Shown in pieces: positions 13,333-27,150 of a DNA stretch of 64,000 nt. The stretch is from Octopus vulgaris (lineage: Eukaryota), in the NCBI GenBank assembly GCA_951406725.2, contig OX597832.1, forward strand, positions 33,294,001-33,358,000, read 5' to 3'. The notes beneath the pieces are model-generated. The model did no database searches and had not been told where the DNA came from. It saw nothing but the letters and a program-made list of their open reading frames with translations. Each line of letters starts with the position of its first letter. Within the stretch, counting starts at the first letter, position 1. The position numbers and the translations under genes were made by a program.

Positions 13333-13745
13333 TATTTCCCTCTCATCCCAGTCATCATCACGTTGTACTCTCATGTGCTCCCTTTCGCCCCATTGCCCAT
13401 TTTGCCCCCCTCATCATTGCTCCTTCCTAATTTATTCCCCAACGAAACATTTACTCACAAATCAACAACATCAACGACCCGCGCACTCTATTATATCTAC
13501 CAAATGCGTCTGTACATCCGATTTATCGCCTTGTATATTTCTCTGAGTTGGAACGTCGGATTCCATTTCAATTCTTAGAAAATGATTATACCGTTTTTCT
13601 GTGGATGCCAAACCTGATTCCCTGAAAAATTCTCTAACGCTTCTACGTTGGCTTTATGCCTTCTCTGTGAATTATAAGTTGATATACCGATAAAATATGA
13701 GGCTCTGTATTCATTTTTCTTGAATAAATTCACTATGGAGCATGA

Positions 13746-14046
<301 letters not shown>

Positions 14047-14068
14047 ATTATTATTATTATTATTATTA

Positions 14069-14130
<62 letters not shown>

Positions 14131-14145
14131 GTTATTATTATTATT

Positions 14146-14320
14146 AAGAGAGGAGCTGGCAGAATCCTTTAGCGGTATTTCACCCGTCGCTACGTTCTGC
14201 GTTCAAATTCCGCCGAGATCAACTTTGCCATTCATCTCTGTCGAGGCCCAGTCGAGTAATCGCCTAGCCTCTTCAGTACGACCTTGAGGCCTTGAGCCTA
14301 AAATACAATGGAGCATTATT
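14146..14320 (+). mobile_element. SINE family B (gagctggcagaatc...gttcaaattccgccgag...ctttgcc.ttcatc)
   Basis: Shared with 43435, 57141, 58045 and reverse copies. B-box-like GTTCAAAT and (TTA)n tail. The core resembles the Meta/MESC-type SINE domain as I recall it (unverified). Confidence 0.7.
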
Positions 14321-14339
14321 ATCTTTATTATTATTGTAT

Positions 14340-14402
<63 letters not shown>

Positions 14403-16135
14403 CAATTGTTGCTGTTGTTGTTATTTGGATTTTCATGACCATTGCTACCAGTCGTAGTAGCTTCGGAATTAATGTGTCCCATTATATATTCATATATTAC
14501 AGTTTTATCTCTTTCCCTCGCAAACGTCGCCCAATACAGCGACCCCCGCTTCTAACTCCCACTTGTAACTTCTTCCCCGTCTCCCACTCTTCCTTTTCCT
14601 CCAACGGCCCCTCTCCTTCTCCTGTTCCTCCTCATCACCACCGCCATCGTCATCATCATCCTCCTCATCATCATCATCACCAGCAGCAGCATAGCAGAGA
14701 CAGCATCGCTATCGTCATCATCATTGTTATATTCCTGATGACTTAGCGTCTCATCTCCACCTTTTTTCCTCACTTCACATCTATAATTCTCGCTCTCTAT
14801 AGACTCACACACAATATCAACAACACCAGTTATTATTGACTGCGACGATACTTTTTTCATATTTATTACGTTCCATGGTTCTTTCTAATGTTGTTGTTGT
14901 TGTTCTTCTTATGCTTAGTATTGTTTTATCTCTGTCTCTTATTGTATATTTTATCTTCATTTCCTTTATTACCCTTTGCTATTCATTTTAGCCATATTTT
15001 CTCTTACGTTACATTTTTTCTACTCTTTTCCGCCATTTTCACTCCCATAATCTCAGCATTTGATTGGACAGAATTGTTTTACTTTTATGTCTATATTTAT
15101 TATATTTCTTTCTCTATTTTTGACTGGAGGAGCAAAATTTATTCATAGGATACTTAAGATGGGATATCAAGTTAATCTCCAAGCGTTTTTCAGTGAATTT
15201 TGTTTAAAAAGTGATATGTTTTTACTCTTTTCTAGTTTCCAGATTTTCTGTTTAGCTTTTTTCCATGTATTTTTCGTTTGATGAGTTTTCTTTATATCCA
15301 CTTTTTTTCGCTCTCTATGCATATCTCTCTTCGTGTGTGTGTGAGAGAGACAGTGTATGTTTTTATCTATAGATGTTTGTTTTACTTTTTTCATATTTCA
15401 GATCTTTGCTTGCCATTTCTATATTTTAATCAGATGAATAACTATACAGTCAATATATTGACAGCAAATTAAACAGGCTTGTAAACAACAGCATTTTAGA
15501 AATTAATCTTTTGACGTTAAACTAATGTGATCACAGAGCACATGCACACAAACCCACACCCACAGATGCACACACACCCACAGACGTACACACATACACA
15601 CACACACACACACATGTATGTATGTATGTATGTATGTATGTATGTATGTATGTATATATATGTGGGAGTCTGGACTGCTAGCGAAACTGTAATGATTATA
15701 TTTACATATGGAAATATGTTGTGCGTTGTTGCATTCAGCCAGGCTTGAAAAACAAAGTCTAATGGAAATATTTATAAAAAAAAGAAATAATCTAAATGCA
15801 GGAATGGAATGATATAAACGTACATATACTTATAAACAAATGTATAAAAATATATACATATAAATACACACACACAGACGCACACACACACACACACATC
15901 AGATGTATGTTCGTTTCGCAATGTTAGACGGAAACAGACATGTCACCCTCAGCGAATATTTTAACCGATATATTACAAGAATACGATATATAATTAAACC
16001 AATATTTATGCATCAATTATATCATTAGTTCCCTGCTGAAGCTCTGTCTTTTAAACATTAGAACGCCATTGCAGTTATCATTATTGCTGAATTTTTCACT
16101 TTAAGTCTAGTCAATAGACAAAGCTGATAAATGCT

Positions 16136-16552
16136 CTCTTTACTCTTTTACTCTTTTACTTGTTTCAGTCATTTGACTGCGGCCATGCTGGAGCACCGCC
16201 TTTAATCGAGCAACTCGACCAGGGACTTATTCTTTTGTAAGCCCAGTACTTATTCTATCGGTCTCTTTTGCCGAACCGCTAGGTAACGGGGACATAAACA
16301 CACCAGCATCGGTTGTCAAGCAATGCTAGGGGGACAAACACAGACACACAAACACGCACACGCATATATATATATATATATATACATATATACGACGGGC
16401 TTCTTTCAGTTTCCGTCTACCAAATCCACTCACAAGCCTTTGGTCGGCCCGAGGCTATAGTAGAAGACACTTGCCCAAGGTGCCACGCAGTGGGACTAAA
16501 CCCGGAACCATGTGGTTGGTAAACAAGCTACTTACCACACAGCCACTCCTGC
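16136..16552 (-). mobile_element. Full-length tRNA-derived SINE family A with internal (TA)/(TG) microsatellite
   Basis: Collinear with 37995-38440. Head GCAGGAGTGGCTGTGTGG...GGGTTTAGTCCC (A/B boxes). Tail GGCGGTGCTCCAGCATGGCCGCAGTCAAATGACTGAAAC plus (AAAGAGT)n. Confidence 0.9.
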
Positions 16553-16821
16553 TGAGATGATTTTTTTCAGATTATGTCCCCACTGTCTGTACACATACAA
16601 ATAATGAAAGTAATATGTCTATCATTTGTCTTTAGACATCTTTATGTCGTCGTTGTCTACATTGCGAAATAGTTTCATTCTTACATATTCTAAAGTGGCG
16701 ACATTTCTCTAATTCCTCACGAGGGGTTCCAAAGCGACGAATCCTGTTCACGTAGAATCTTTAAAATTTACCAAATGAAATGTAATGATGGTCGAATAGC
16801 CAGGATAAGAGTATTTGATGC

Positions 16822-17250
16822 AAGTGATGGTGGTGGTGGTGGTTTTGGTGTTGGTGGTGGTGGTTGTGGTGATGGTACTGATGGTGGTGGTGATCGTGGT
16901 GATCGTGGTGTTGGTGGTGGTGATGGTAGTGGTGGTGGTGATCGTGGTGATCGTGGTGGTGGTGGTGATGGTAGTGATGGTGGTGGTGGTGGTGATGGTA
17001 GTGATAGTGGTGGTGGTCGTGATGGTAGTGATGGTGGTGGTGATGGTAGTGATGATGGTGGTGATGATAGTAGTGATAATGGTGGTGATAGTAGTGATGG
17101 TGGTGGTGGTGGTGATGGTGCTGATGGTGCTGATGGTGGTGGTGGTGGTGGTGATAACGGTAATCGTGGTGGTGATGGTAGTGATGGTGATGGTGGTGGT
17201 GGTGATGGTAGTGGTGGTGGTGGTGATAACGGTAATCGTAGTGCTATTAC
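16822..17250. repeat. Cryptic (GGT/GAT)n trinucleotide array
   Basis: Directly visible; source of the poly-G/T/P/V ORFs. Confidence 0.92.
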
Positions 17251-17261
17251 TGGCCGTGGTA

Positions 17262-17395
17262 GCATCATTCGTTTCTACACTAGGCACAAGGCCATAAATG
17301 GGGGAGAGGACAAGTTGATTAGATCGACCCAAGTACGCAACTGGTACTTAATTTTTCGACACCCGAAAGGATGAAAGGCAAAGTGGACGACGGCG
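17262..17395 (-). mobile_element. SINE family B 3' fragment
   Basis: taggcacaaggcc...gatcgacccaagt...ctggtacttaatttttcgacacccgaaaggatgaaaggcaaagtggac is the reverse complement of the family B core and tail. Confidence 0.75.
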
Positions 17396-17775
17396 GTGGC
17401 CGTGGTAGTATCGCCGTGATGGTAGTGCTAGTGTTAATTGCCCTAGTGGTGGCAGTTGGTGGAGGTGGTGGTAGGGGTGGCGACACTGGTGGTGGTTGTG
17501 GCAATGGTGATGGTGGTGGTGGTGATGTTGGTGATTGTGATACTAGTGGTGCCGTGGTAGGGATCACCGCGACAGAAACGGTGGAAATGGTTGTCGTTAT
17601 GGTTATGACGGTGGTGATGATGGTGACGTTGGTGATGGTGGTGGTGGCTGTGGTTGTGGTAGAACTGGTTCTGCTGCTGATGGTTGTAGTTGTTGTAGTA
17701 GAGCTGGTGGTTGCGGTGAAAGTGGTGGTAATGCTGATACCATGTTTTGGTGATGATAATGATGATGGTGATGGC
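17396..17775. repeat. Degenerate (GGT)n-type low-complexity array
   Basis: Directly visible. Confidence 0.85.
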
Positions 17776-18596
17776 ACTTCATCTTCTTAATGAATCAAGG
17801 AAACGGTGTATCCTGTTGGTCTTCCGAATTGCTTTTATTATCTCACCGTGTAAGCTCCATCAGGTATTTTTCCTCTTTTCGTTGATGAGGTGGGATCTTT
17901 GATCAGGATGCATCGAAGAGAAAAAACATACCGCAAAGCATTTTGTCACGCTGTTCAGCTCTATTTATAGACCTAGAAAGATCCCATTCCACTAACCGTC
18001 GTAAAGAATGAAGCAGAATTGAAACCGGATATCAAGGACTCGGACAAAGGTTACGAATCATTGTAGTTAAAGTTTTCCAATCCATGGAATTCAAGGGTAG
18101 ATTTTAATAATTTAGTAGGAAACTTTGACGCACCATAATGAAACATTTTACACCTTATGAGTTCGCTCAACCTAAAAGTAGATCTATCAAATCTCCAAGA
18201 AAGCCCACTGCCCCATGTTTGACTAACATTAAATATACTTTAACCTATATTTTTAATGGTATCCACCCCCCCAAAAAATGGAAAAGTCATATTTCTAACG
18301 TTCTTAAGGTATTTTCGGTCAAATTGGCACATCGATCGCATGTTCGGTCAAACTAGCGCATCGAAAATGTTACCAAGCCCCTTTATATTATCACTTCAAA
18401 TTCCAGCGGGACCGACTTTATCGTCCTGGATCGATGAAGTAATATCAATTTCTAGAGTTCACGTAACCGACGTTTCCTCCTCAAAATATCAATTTATGAT
18501 CTTTATTCTATGCCAGAAATTATGATGAATTTCAACATCGCTGTTTATGTGTGAAATATACGGAACGTAATGATTCGCATTCATTAATTACTGGGA

Positions 18597-18760
18597 AAGG
18601 CGATGGACTAGTAGGTAGTGGTGTTGCACTTACATTCGTGAGATCCTGGTTTCGATTCCTAAATCGGCTGCGCTTTAAGTTATTAAACGAAACACTTAAT
18701 TTCAGTTACTTGGGTCTCCTTGGTTGTATAATTGGGTAAACCTGCGACGGATCGGCGGAG
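18597..18760 (+). mobile_element. Old tRNA-derived SINE head
   Basis: TGGACTAGTAGG ... GGTTTCGATTCC boxes; similar to the 7985 copy. Confidence 0.5.
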
Positions 18761-19171
18761 CAAGGTGACGTTGTGACCGAAGAAAAGCCGACGGAAGGCG
18801 CGGTCTCGCGAGTAATTTTTTGTAATCAGCAATCAAAAGGGCGAATTTTACAACCCGTAATGGTTGCGATTGGTTGTGTCAACCACGTCAAAGGTTGACT
18901 ATCAATGGCTTGTATCAATGGCTTGTATAACTACATTGAGAGAAATAAGCAATCGGATCTAATTTTAAGGGCCAATATTGATCCCGGATTTCGAAGCAAA
19001 TATTTGAATAACCAGCCAGGATATATTGCTACCAGGGTTAATGCTTGCATCATATAAATCCATCGACAACAAATCTTTGCTGTTTACACTTGACAGTAGT
19101 AACCTATATTTTTCAGAATGTTAATAAATTAATGTTTTCAAATTTGCTTTTTTCCAATGAAGAGAAAACCA

Positions 19172-19204
<33 letters not shown>

Positions 19205-20639
19205 TGTATGTATGTATGTATGTATGTATGTATGTATGTATGTATGTGTTTGTGTGCGTGTGTTTGTGTGCGTGTTTGTGTGTGTATGTCTATGTTTGTG
19301 TTTGTGAGTGTGTGTATAAAATTTTGAAAAAAATAACATCGTTGATATTGCATTTATCTTCTTTATTTTTGTTGATTTGTTGATGTTCTGTTTAGTCTGC
19401 GAGAAATTCTACGTAAGTGAAATTAATTAGTGGTTTCTTTTAACTCGATTCCAATTCCCAGCTTGTCGCAGAATATCAAAAGTGATACAAACTTATAGAT
19501 GTACATTTTGAATTCAATAACGAGGTAATTAAATGAAGACATTTTTTTTCGTTGGGTGACTCAGAAGTTGCCTTCATAATCACGATGACTTGGGTTCAAT
19601 TCCTCTGTACCAACTTCGAATCAAGTATCCCGTAGAGTAGCTAAGAGTTCACCAAAGCGAAAACGTCTTCGGTCACGTAGCCATAGATCAAGACTGACCT
19701 GGAAATCAACAACAAAAACAACGAAATTTCCCATCATCTTTATCACTGTCTCATCTTTGGATGGAATCGGGTTGGAGTCTTTACGTGGTCAGTGGCTGTA
19801 GATTGTAAAATTTGGAAATCGAAGTGAAAGCACGCAAATGCAATGCCCCACCACTCTCACTCCAGAAACCCAATTTTATTTACGTACACACAACTACATA
19901 GCTAATAATTATAAGGTTGCTTTTAATATTGTGTTTTTTATAAATATGTTATTAGATGGAGGCAGCCCCGTGGGTGGGGATCTTTGAATACTCGGTAGCA
20001 AAAGCTTTGAAAAGCAGTGATGACATACGATTCTGAAGACCATTGGCTAAACAATTCCATCCACATATAAACCATACGTCTCTCTTTTAACTTAGATGTG
20101 TTTATGAATTGCTTCCTTAGCAGTGGTTACAACTTATCTGGTTGCATCTTCAGTTACGACAGCTTGAGAATATCAGTTACCATGGCTTCGGTTCTACAAC
20201 TTGGCGACTGGAATTTGGTAGATGGGGACTGTGGAAAGCTATCGGTGCATTTCGTCCTATTATTCGGCTTCAACATTCAAAAGCTAAGGATGCTTGTAGC
20301 TGAGGTAATTTTGATGCAATGAATCCCTCAGTGACAGCTTCTCCTATTTTTGTCTCTATTTTAGGTTGGGCTTTTCCGTTTCTTCGATTAAAACAAATGG
20401 CTGACGATCTGTGGCGTGTTTTCCAGCAATATCTACGAGTGCGCTTGTCTATATTGAAACAATGACGTCTGTACGTTTAGTTAAGTTTAATCATTGATAT
20501 GTTATGTATAAGCGAGTCGACATACAATGTGCTGGCAGCAATACGGTGGTGATTATTATAAACGAAAAAATTAAGGTTTTAATTACTTGCTTTAATATTT
20601 TAACCTTCTTTCTGAATTTTCTGTTTAGACCAATGCAAC

Positions 20640-21070
20640 ACTATATGTTATAAATGAATAGCAGTATTACTTTTACAGTAACAAATGTGAAACCGGATCG
20701 TAAATTCGGGTGTGTACCAAAAAACCCCAATTACCGACATTTTCAATATTGAATGCGTCATGTTTCCTCCTCCGTTTTCATTTTACGGTGTAAAGTTCCT
20801 CAATGCTTAGCTTTCCGACGCAACTCAGTATTCTTTATTCCAGTTCGAAAACATCCATCCACCAAATCCAAGCTTGAAGATGCCATTTCGTAGCATTCGA
20901 CGTCGTAAAACCATACACAGAGGATTTTTATTTCCTAAATCTGATATTAAAAAATGCCGACGAAAATTTGAGCTTTCCCACGTCGACATTGTGAAGCCAC
21001 ACTCGGTGGGTATATTTCGCAATGAAATATTCGAATTCGCATTTGCACGCAAAATGTAAAAGGTAACTCT
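20640..21070 (-). mobile_element. Possible Tc1/mariner transposase C-terminal remnant
   Basis: Frameshifted minus translation KW/ SSSLDL..(M)DVF..GIKN resembles WP..SPDL.P.D.F.WG.IK. Heavily decayed. Confidence 0.3.
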
Positions 21071-21649
21071 GTATTAGTATTTTCCTTAAGAATAGAGAAA
21101 CTCAGCTGTTTATTCGGGATGACTAAACTCAGGTGTTCGACATTGAGCTTTGGACATTTCTTGGTCTTGGCAATATTTTGATTCCACTGAACCTGTCTAA
21201 ATATAAATTAAAGTTTGAAGAAGACATAGGAAACGCTGTAAAATGATTATTAAAAAAAAAAGATATTATTAAAAAAGCAATATTAAATCCTGTACCGATT
21301 ACCACTTCTCATCCAAGTACATTTCTTAATACCACTGAAAAGGATAACAATATTAAAAAAAATTACAAAATACAAATAAGAAACGAAGAACACGAGAAAA
21401 ACATTAAAAATGATAAAGTGCCGAACCGATTCATGAATAGCAACTCCTTTTGAACGACAGCGCAATATTTGCTTCGGAGTTCTTCAAGTGATTTCTTAAT
21501 GATTCCGAAAAATATTTCGCAGAGAAAATATTATTAATACGACTCCTCTCAATTATCGTTGACGTAAATTTGTGAAAAGCTTTCTTCTCAATCAATAATT
21601 GAAATTAGTGTAGCGCACAATATTAGTTCAGCATACTCAATGGTGCTTC

Positions 21650-21704
21650 GGTTATTATTATTATCATTATTATTATAATTATTATAATTATTATAATTAT
21701 TATA

Positions 21705-21799
<95 letters not shown>

Positions 21800-21800
21800 T
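21650..21800. repeat. (TTA)n array
   Basis: Directly visible. Confidence 0.95.
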
Positions 21801-23339
21801 TGTAGTAGTTGCTGTTATTGCAATAAGATTGGTTTTTCTTCAAGGCTTTGTCCATTAACGACTTGCCAAACTGAAATTACTCACATGTTCTGCTCTCTTC
21901 AAGGACGGCACCAAATCCATCTGAAAGTAATTCTATGATGTCTTCATATAACTTCTCTCTCTATACTCTCACCTAGTATTATTTATATATTTAACATTTA
22001 TCTCTCTGTACATATTCCTCTTTTTACATCGTCCATTACCTTCCCACCACTGTCATCATCATTAGTGTCGTCATCATCATATCATCATCATCATCATCAC
22101 TATTACCTTTCCCACCACAGTTATCGCCATCATAGTCCCTAGCTTCATCATCTTCTCTATAATTGACGACCATCATCACCATTATCATCATTATCAATAT
22201 TCCCACCATCACCACTATCACCACCGTTGCTGCCACCAACACCGCCATCATCCTTGCCTTCATCATGATTGTTACCATCAAAACCACTCTAGCTAATGTT
22301 TCATATTTTAAGAATAATCTAAACATATTTCCGTCATTCACATTGTTTTCTAAATTGGCTCCTTTTTGTATCAACTTTGTATAATCATTTCATTTAATTG
22401 TACTAAGCGCAGTATTGTGTGCCTTCCCTCAATCATCGTGATTGTGACAAATTTCAATTCGAACACATGCCACCACTGCATAATTAAATGCAGCAAATTC
22501 CTTCCTGATAAAGTCCAGTATTTTAACTTTTGTTTTACGGTTTCTGCTTACTTGCAGAAGCTTGAGGATGGTGTTATGAACCAAACGCTTGAGAATCATG
22601 ATACATAAAATGGTAGCATCTGCAGGCGTTCCAGCGTTGGCTGACCGCTTCCAGTTTTAGGGAGTTGTTAGGGATCTCCGTTTGATATAGGCTTTTCTTC
22701 ACCGAAAAGCAGCAGCTCAGCTATGATTGTGTTGTGTACTTTGGAACTTAAGCTTTTAGTTGTACGGATTACATGAAGCGACATTTTTAAAAGGTGGTTC
22801 CTCTCTTCCGTCAAGATGTTTGTGAATTTTCAGAAATGGTGCATAAAAAGAAACATTCTGACCAGGTAATTTAAAGGAAGATTTAACGATTTTTTTTGTT
22901 TGTTTGTTTTTTGAGAAACGCATTGAAGGCAAAAGTGAAGGAATCCAAATTTTGGCACTGATAAAACAAAACCAACTAATAGGGCATTAATATTGCAACT
23001 GGTCGAATAATTCCTTTGGAGTTACATTCTCAAATGGTTTTTACATAAATTAACAAGGTAAGAAGGCGAAATATCAAGTGATGTGTCTTATTTGAAGTTA
23101 CGACAATCAATTTCGACATAGAAGAATGATTTTTCCGTACAAATATAAGGAGGAGATATTCTCTGATTTAGTATGTTATTTGAAATTATGTATTTTAAGA
23201 TAGCAATAAAGTGTGAGAGAGAAAGAGGGAAAGTATGAGAAATAGCTACAAAATATGAAAGTAACTTAAATCCGATTATTATGTCTTGTAGAATCATAGA
23301 AGTAATAAACAAAGGCTGTGGAAAGTGGCTCTTGAGAGA

Positions 23340-23600
23340 AAAAATAGAAATGGTTAAAAATAATAAACGTAACAAACTAAGAGGAAAATCATACCACGGA
23401 ATACTTTCATACTAATATATTGGGAAGAGAAGTGCTTTATGAGCAACAGAAACGGAAACTGAACGAAAGATTAATTGATAAACAAAAAATTTGATCACTA
23501 AATGACATGAAGAGGACTCAAAGTTGAGATGTGCAATGATTGATGGCGACACCAAGCTAAAACTTACTCGAAAGGAACGACAAAGAATAGGAATTAAAGA
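23340..23600 (+). mobile_element. Very old R4/Dong-type LINE remnant
   Basis: Plus translation LRGKSYHG ... RGLKVEM..W.HQAK parallels KPLHGKY ... GLKAETEGFLIAAQDQ in the 55.8-kb copy. Confidence 0.35.
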
Positions 23601-23855
23601 TTAAAGAGCACAACACATTGAGGGAGGGATACATCGAAGCCAGCATTATGTATATATGCAAGTATGTGTGTGTATGCATATACGTATATATATATATATA
23701 TTTAAGTAGTTGAATGAATTATCCTAGTATGGATAATTCGGTTAACCGATGCCCGGATAGCAAATACATGTCAGAAAACACGGTTGAAGCTACATGACAA
23801 GGCAGAGATTACGTGCTTTCGTGTGGAAATTTGTGTGTTTTTTTTTGTACTATAA

Positions 23856-24124
23856 ATAAATGAAAGAATGGAGTCAAACGACGATTTAACAAAATTCCTT
23901 TATTCTCGACATACTTTTCGAAGACTGCATATTCCTAATTCCGAAGGAATAAAGGGTGCATTTGTTCGTCATGATGCTGACATAAGTTCCTTGTCTTTCC
24001 TGATGAGAAGGCGGCATAATGCACCCTTTATTCCTTCGGAATTAGGAATATGCAGTCTTCGATATATATGTCGAGAATAAAGGAATTTTGTTAAATCGTC
24101 GTTCGACTCCATTCTTTCATTTAT
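23856..24124. repeat. Fold-back inverted repeat, 107-bp arms with 4 mismatches, 55-bp spacer
   Basis: Arm 23856-23962 is the reverse complement of 24018-24124. Confidence 0.95.
23996..24076 (+). ncRNA. Type-I hammerhead ribozyme motif (one core mutation)
   Basis: Stem I TTTC/GAGA; CTGATGA 24000-24006; 12-bp stem II GAAGGCGGCATA/TATGCAGTCTTC (one mismatch); GATA in place of GAAA (the opposite arm retains GAAA); GTC triplet 24070-24072; AATAAA follows. Confidence 0.72.
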
Positions 24125-24395
24125 ATACATATATATATATATATATACTTATATTAGTAGCACTTAAAGTCATATATATATATAAAGTACGTAAGCATGT
24201 ATATATAATACATATATATATATGTGTGTGTGTGTGTGTTTGTATATAAAATAGAGATTGTGTCTGTTTGTCTGTTTGTCCCACACAGTGAAGCCAAAAC
24301 CAGACACCATCTCTCTATGCTTTTCTTTCTTGATCTGTCTATTTCCCTCTCTTTCTTTCTTTCTCTCTTTCTCGCTCTTTCTATCTCTCCTCCTA

Positions 24396-25200
24396 TTATT
24401 TTGGCCGAAGTTCCTGATCCTGATATTGATTGGACCCTCTATGGCATCGTGGTATCTCATATGGTACATGGCCCTTGTGGTGCTCAAAACCCTTACTCGC
24501 CATGCATGAAGGAAGGGAAATGCATAAAAAAGTATACAAAGAATTTTATTTATCACACTCAGTTTGCCAACGATGGATGTGCCACGCGCAGAAGGAAAGC
24601 AAAAGATGGAGGAGAGCGAGCCAAACCTGGAAATAGGGAAATAAACAATCGATAGTTCCTAACTTCCCATTTCTGTCAAAGGCTTTCAATACAGAGTATC
24701 GTTACTCTATCAAGAGCAAAAAGTATGTATATAAATGCATAGATAAAGGCAGTGATGCTGCTTCTTTCGCCATTCAAGGTAACACTTATGATGAAGTTAA
24801 GCAATACCAGCTTAGCCTTCTGGTGCATATTCGGATTCCCAGTCCATGAAAAGTATCCAGCCATTCAGCAACTTTCTGTGCATTGAGAAAATGGTCAAAG
24901 GGTTTACTACTTCACTGCTTAGACTGTTTCAAATCCAAAGGATACGGCATCAACAGCAATTTTCAATCTTTGTCGGTGGGACAATTTTGCAAAAACACTG
25001 CTGCATCACGGGCTTCCTTCTTATTTATACATGGAGAAATAATGAATGGATCAGAGGCAAAAAACGTACAGATATTCGAGATCATTCTGTTATTAAGATT
25101 GGAATAACATTTGGTAGGTTATAAACTGTGCATCCTAACCAAAATGAATACCTTCATCTCAGAATGCTTCTTCATGTAAAAGGAACGCCAACTTCATGTA
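24396..25200 (+). mobile_element. Helitron Rep/helicase gene fragment (pseudogenised)
   Basis: AEVPDP...LY.IV..HMVHGPCG..NP.SPCM..GKC.K.Y; SIKSKKYVYKCIDKGSDAA; DEVKQYQ; AFWCIFGFPVH; FGRL*TVHP..NEYLHLRMLLHV. These are Helitron motifs in the expected order, with stops. Confidence 0.88.
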
Positions 25201-25479
25201 TAAAAATGATTTTTTCTACTTCATTCATTCAAAACTTGGAAGAACACCTCTCAGAAATATCTAGTAAGTAAAATCTATTGGTCTCTAAACTTGACACAAT
25301 TTTCTGAATATACAATATCTGCAACCCACTTCTAACACTCTATACACACAGACACAGAGTCAACTCAGAAACACACAGACAAATACACACACACACACAC
25401 ACATTTATATACGTATGCATATGTGCTTGTTTTTAATTACCATCATTTATTTTCAAAAAAGTCACACAGTTGATTAATC

Positions 25480-26060
25480 AAAGGATCTGCAGAGTATGTG
25501 TGCACTACTCGCATTTTCCATCCCCAATTCACTGTAATGAAAAGTATTGGCAAAAGAAGTGCGTTTCAGCCATTAACACCGAGAGTAGTTATTCCTCCTC
25601 TGAGATATTGAGTGTTTCAATCAACAATTCTTATGCAAATGTAGCTTGCAGATCCTAGCCAGTCTTTCTCCATTTTCCCAGCTCTTCTCGGCAGAAATGC
25701 CACAAGTGGCTGTTGTCACAGTTCTAACAATTACGTTTTTGGTCCTGATCCTCAAGTATGCAAAATGGGTCACACTTCCTCTAATGACGTTGATGTCTTG
25801 GGAAGTCACACAGATCCAAGCACAGAGGCACAGTTCTATGAGTGCTTCACATACAGTCTCTCTTTGTGCCGAAACATCGTTCTCAATTAACTTCTGTATA
25901 TAAAATGTTGCTATCCTATTTATCACTCTGAGCTTTGTGGAGTTATCTGTAGCGGTACAGATAAAAACGGACTTCCCTTTGTGAAGCACATATTAGTTTC
26001 GTTCTTGATTACCTCTGTATATATTCTTCAGACAAATATGAAAGTTATTTAGGCAATAGA
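25480..26060 (-). mobile_element. Degenerate RTE-like LINE 3' fragment
   Basis: NDVSAQRETVCEALIE...LRIRTKN...CGISAEKSWENGER resembles the RTE C-terminus (N.EVL.R...IEA; GI....WE..A.DR). Confidence 0.4.
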
Positions 26061-27004
26061 CCACCTCGAACTCTATTTGTTCATAATCAGAAATGCAACG
26101 GTGATGGTGATGTTGGTAAAATAAACTGCACGTATACACCCCTAACTCCTCCTCAAAGGGAGGCTAGTGACGGTGAGGTCACCAATATTGAATTAACAGT
26201 TGTAGTTTCCACCAACTGAATTCTGAAAATCACTTACCACATTTTTCTAAAAATACGATACGATCTCGCCTGTCCTGTTGCAAAGAAGACATAAAAATGT
26301 ATTCAACTGTTTTGCTTTATCTTTAACGGGATGTTTTTTTATTTATTTTTTATTTTATTTTTAGTATTGAAAATAAAGAAAAAAGGCAAACGGAAAATCT
26401 CAATAAAATTGAAAGAACTTTCTAACTTTACGAAAAATAATTAAATAAAACCAACTTGCCTTGTAAAATAGCACAATAAAACAGTGGAAAACATTAAACT
26501 AATGTTTTGTAACACAAGGTGAGCTGACTGATGCAAATATGCAAGGATCTGAAGTGGAACCAGAACAAGAAGATATTTTTTACAGAATTTCTTCTGTTTT
26601 CGTCTTCTGTTATAAAACTGCGAAGCTTTTATTGGAGTCTTACGTGGGTATAAATCATATTTGTATACACTTTAAAAATAGTCAACCATAACTCAATAGA
26701 GGGAACAAAAAAGGCGACAGCTCATGCCACATACAATACAAACATGTGTTGTTACTAATCTAGGCAATATTGAGCACAAAGTTGTTTGGAGCTCAGAACA
26801 AAAAGAGTGGAAGAAATAACACATTGCATTTCCCCCCGCAGCTTGAGACACACTGCCAGCCTGACCCCTGTTAAATGTTTATAATAGAAGCAAAAGGCGA
26901 GCAATTTTAGATGAGGGTTCTGTTGATGACCTCAACCCAAGTATTTTATAGGTACTTTATCTTATCGAAGCGAAGGGAAAAGATACAATGATGACCTCCG
27001 AGGG

Positions 27005-27150
27005 ATCAAGGCACAAGGCCATACATGTTTAGAAGAAAGATGTTTGTCACTTCCATCGGTCGTCGACTGGTACCTTATTTTAATCGAAAGCGAAATGATA
27101 AAGAACAAAATTGACCCTTGAGGATTTGAACTCAGAACGTAAATAACCGC
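27005..27150 (-). mobile_element. Old SINE family B fragment
   Basis: ggcacaaggcc...ctggtaccttattttaatcg...ggatttgaactcagaacgta. Confidence 0.55.

Noticed and set aside
16748-17790. Gly-, Thr-, Pro- or Val-rich ORFs resembling mucin, extensin or glycine-rich proteins
   Set aside because: Open in several frames on both strands because of a trinucleotide array, and interrupted by a SINE fragment.
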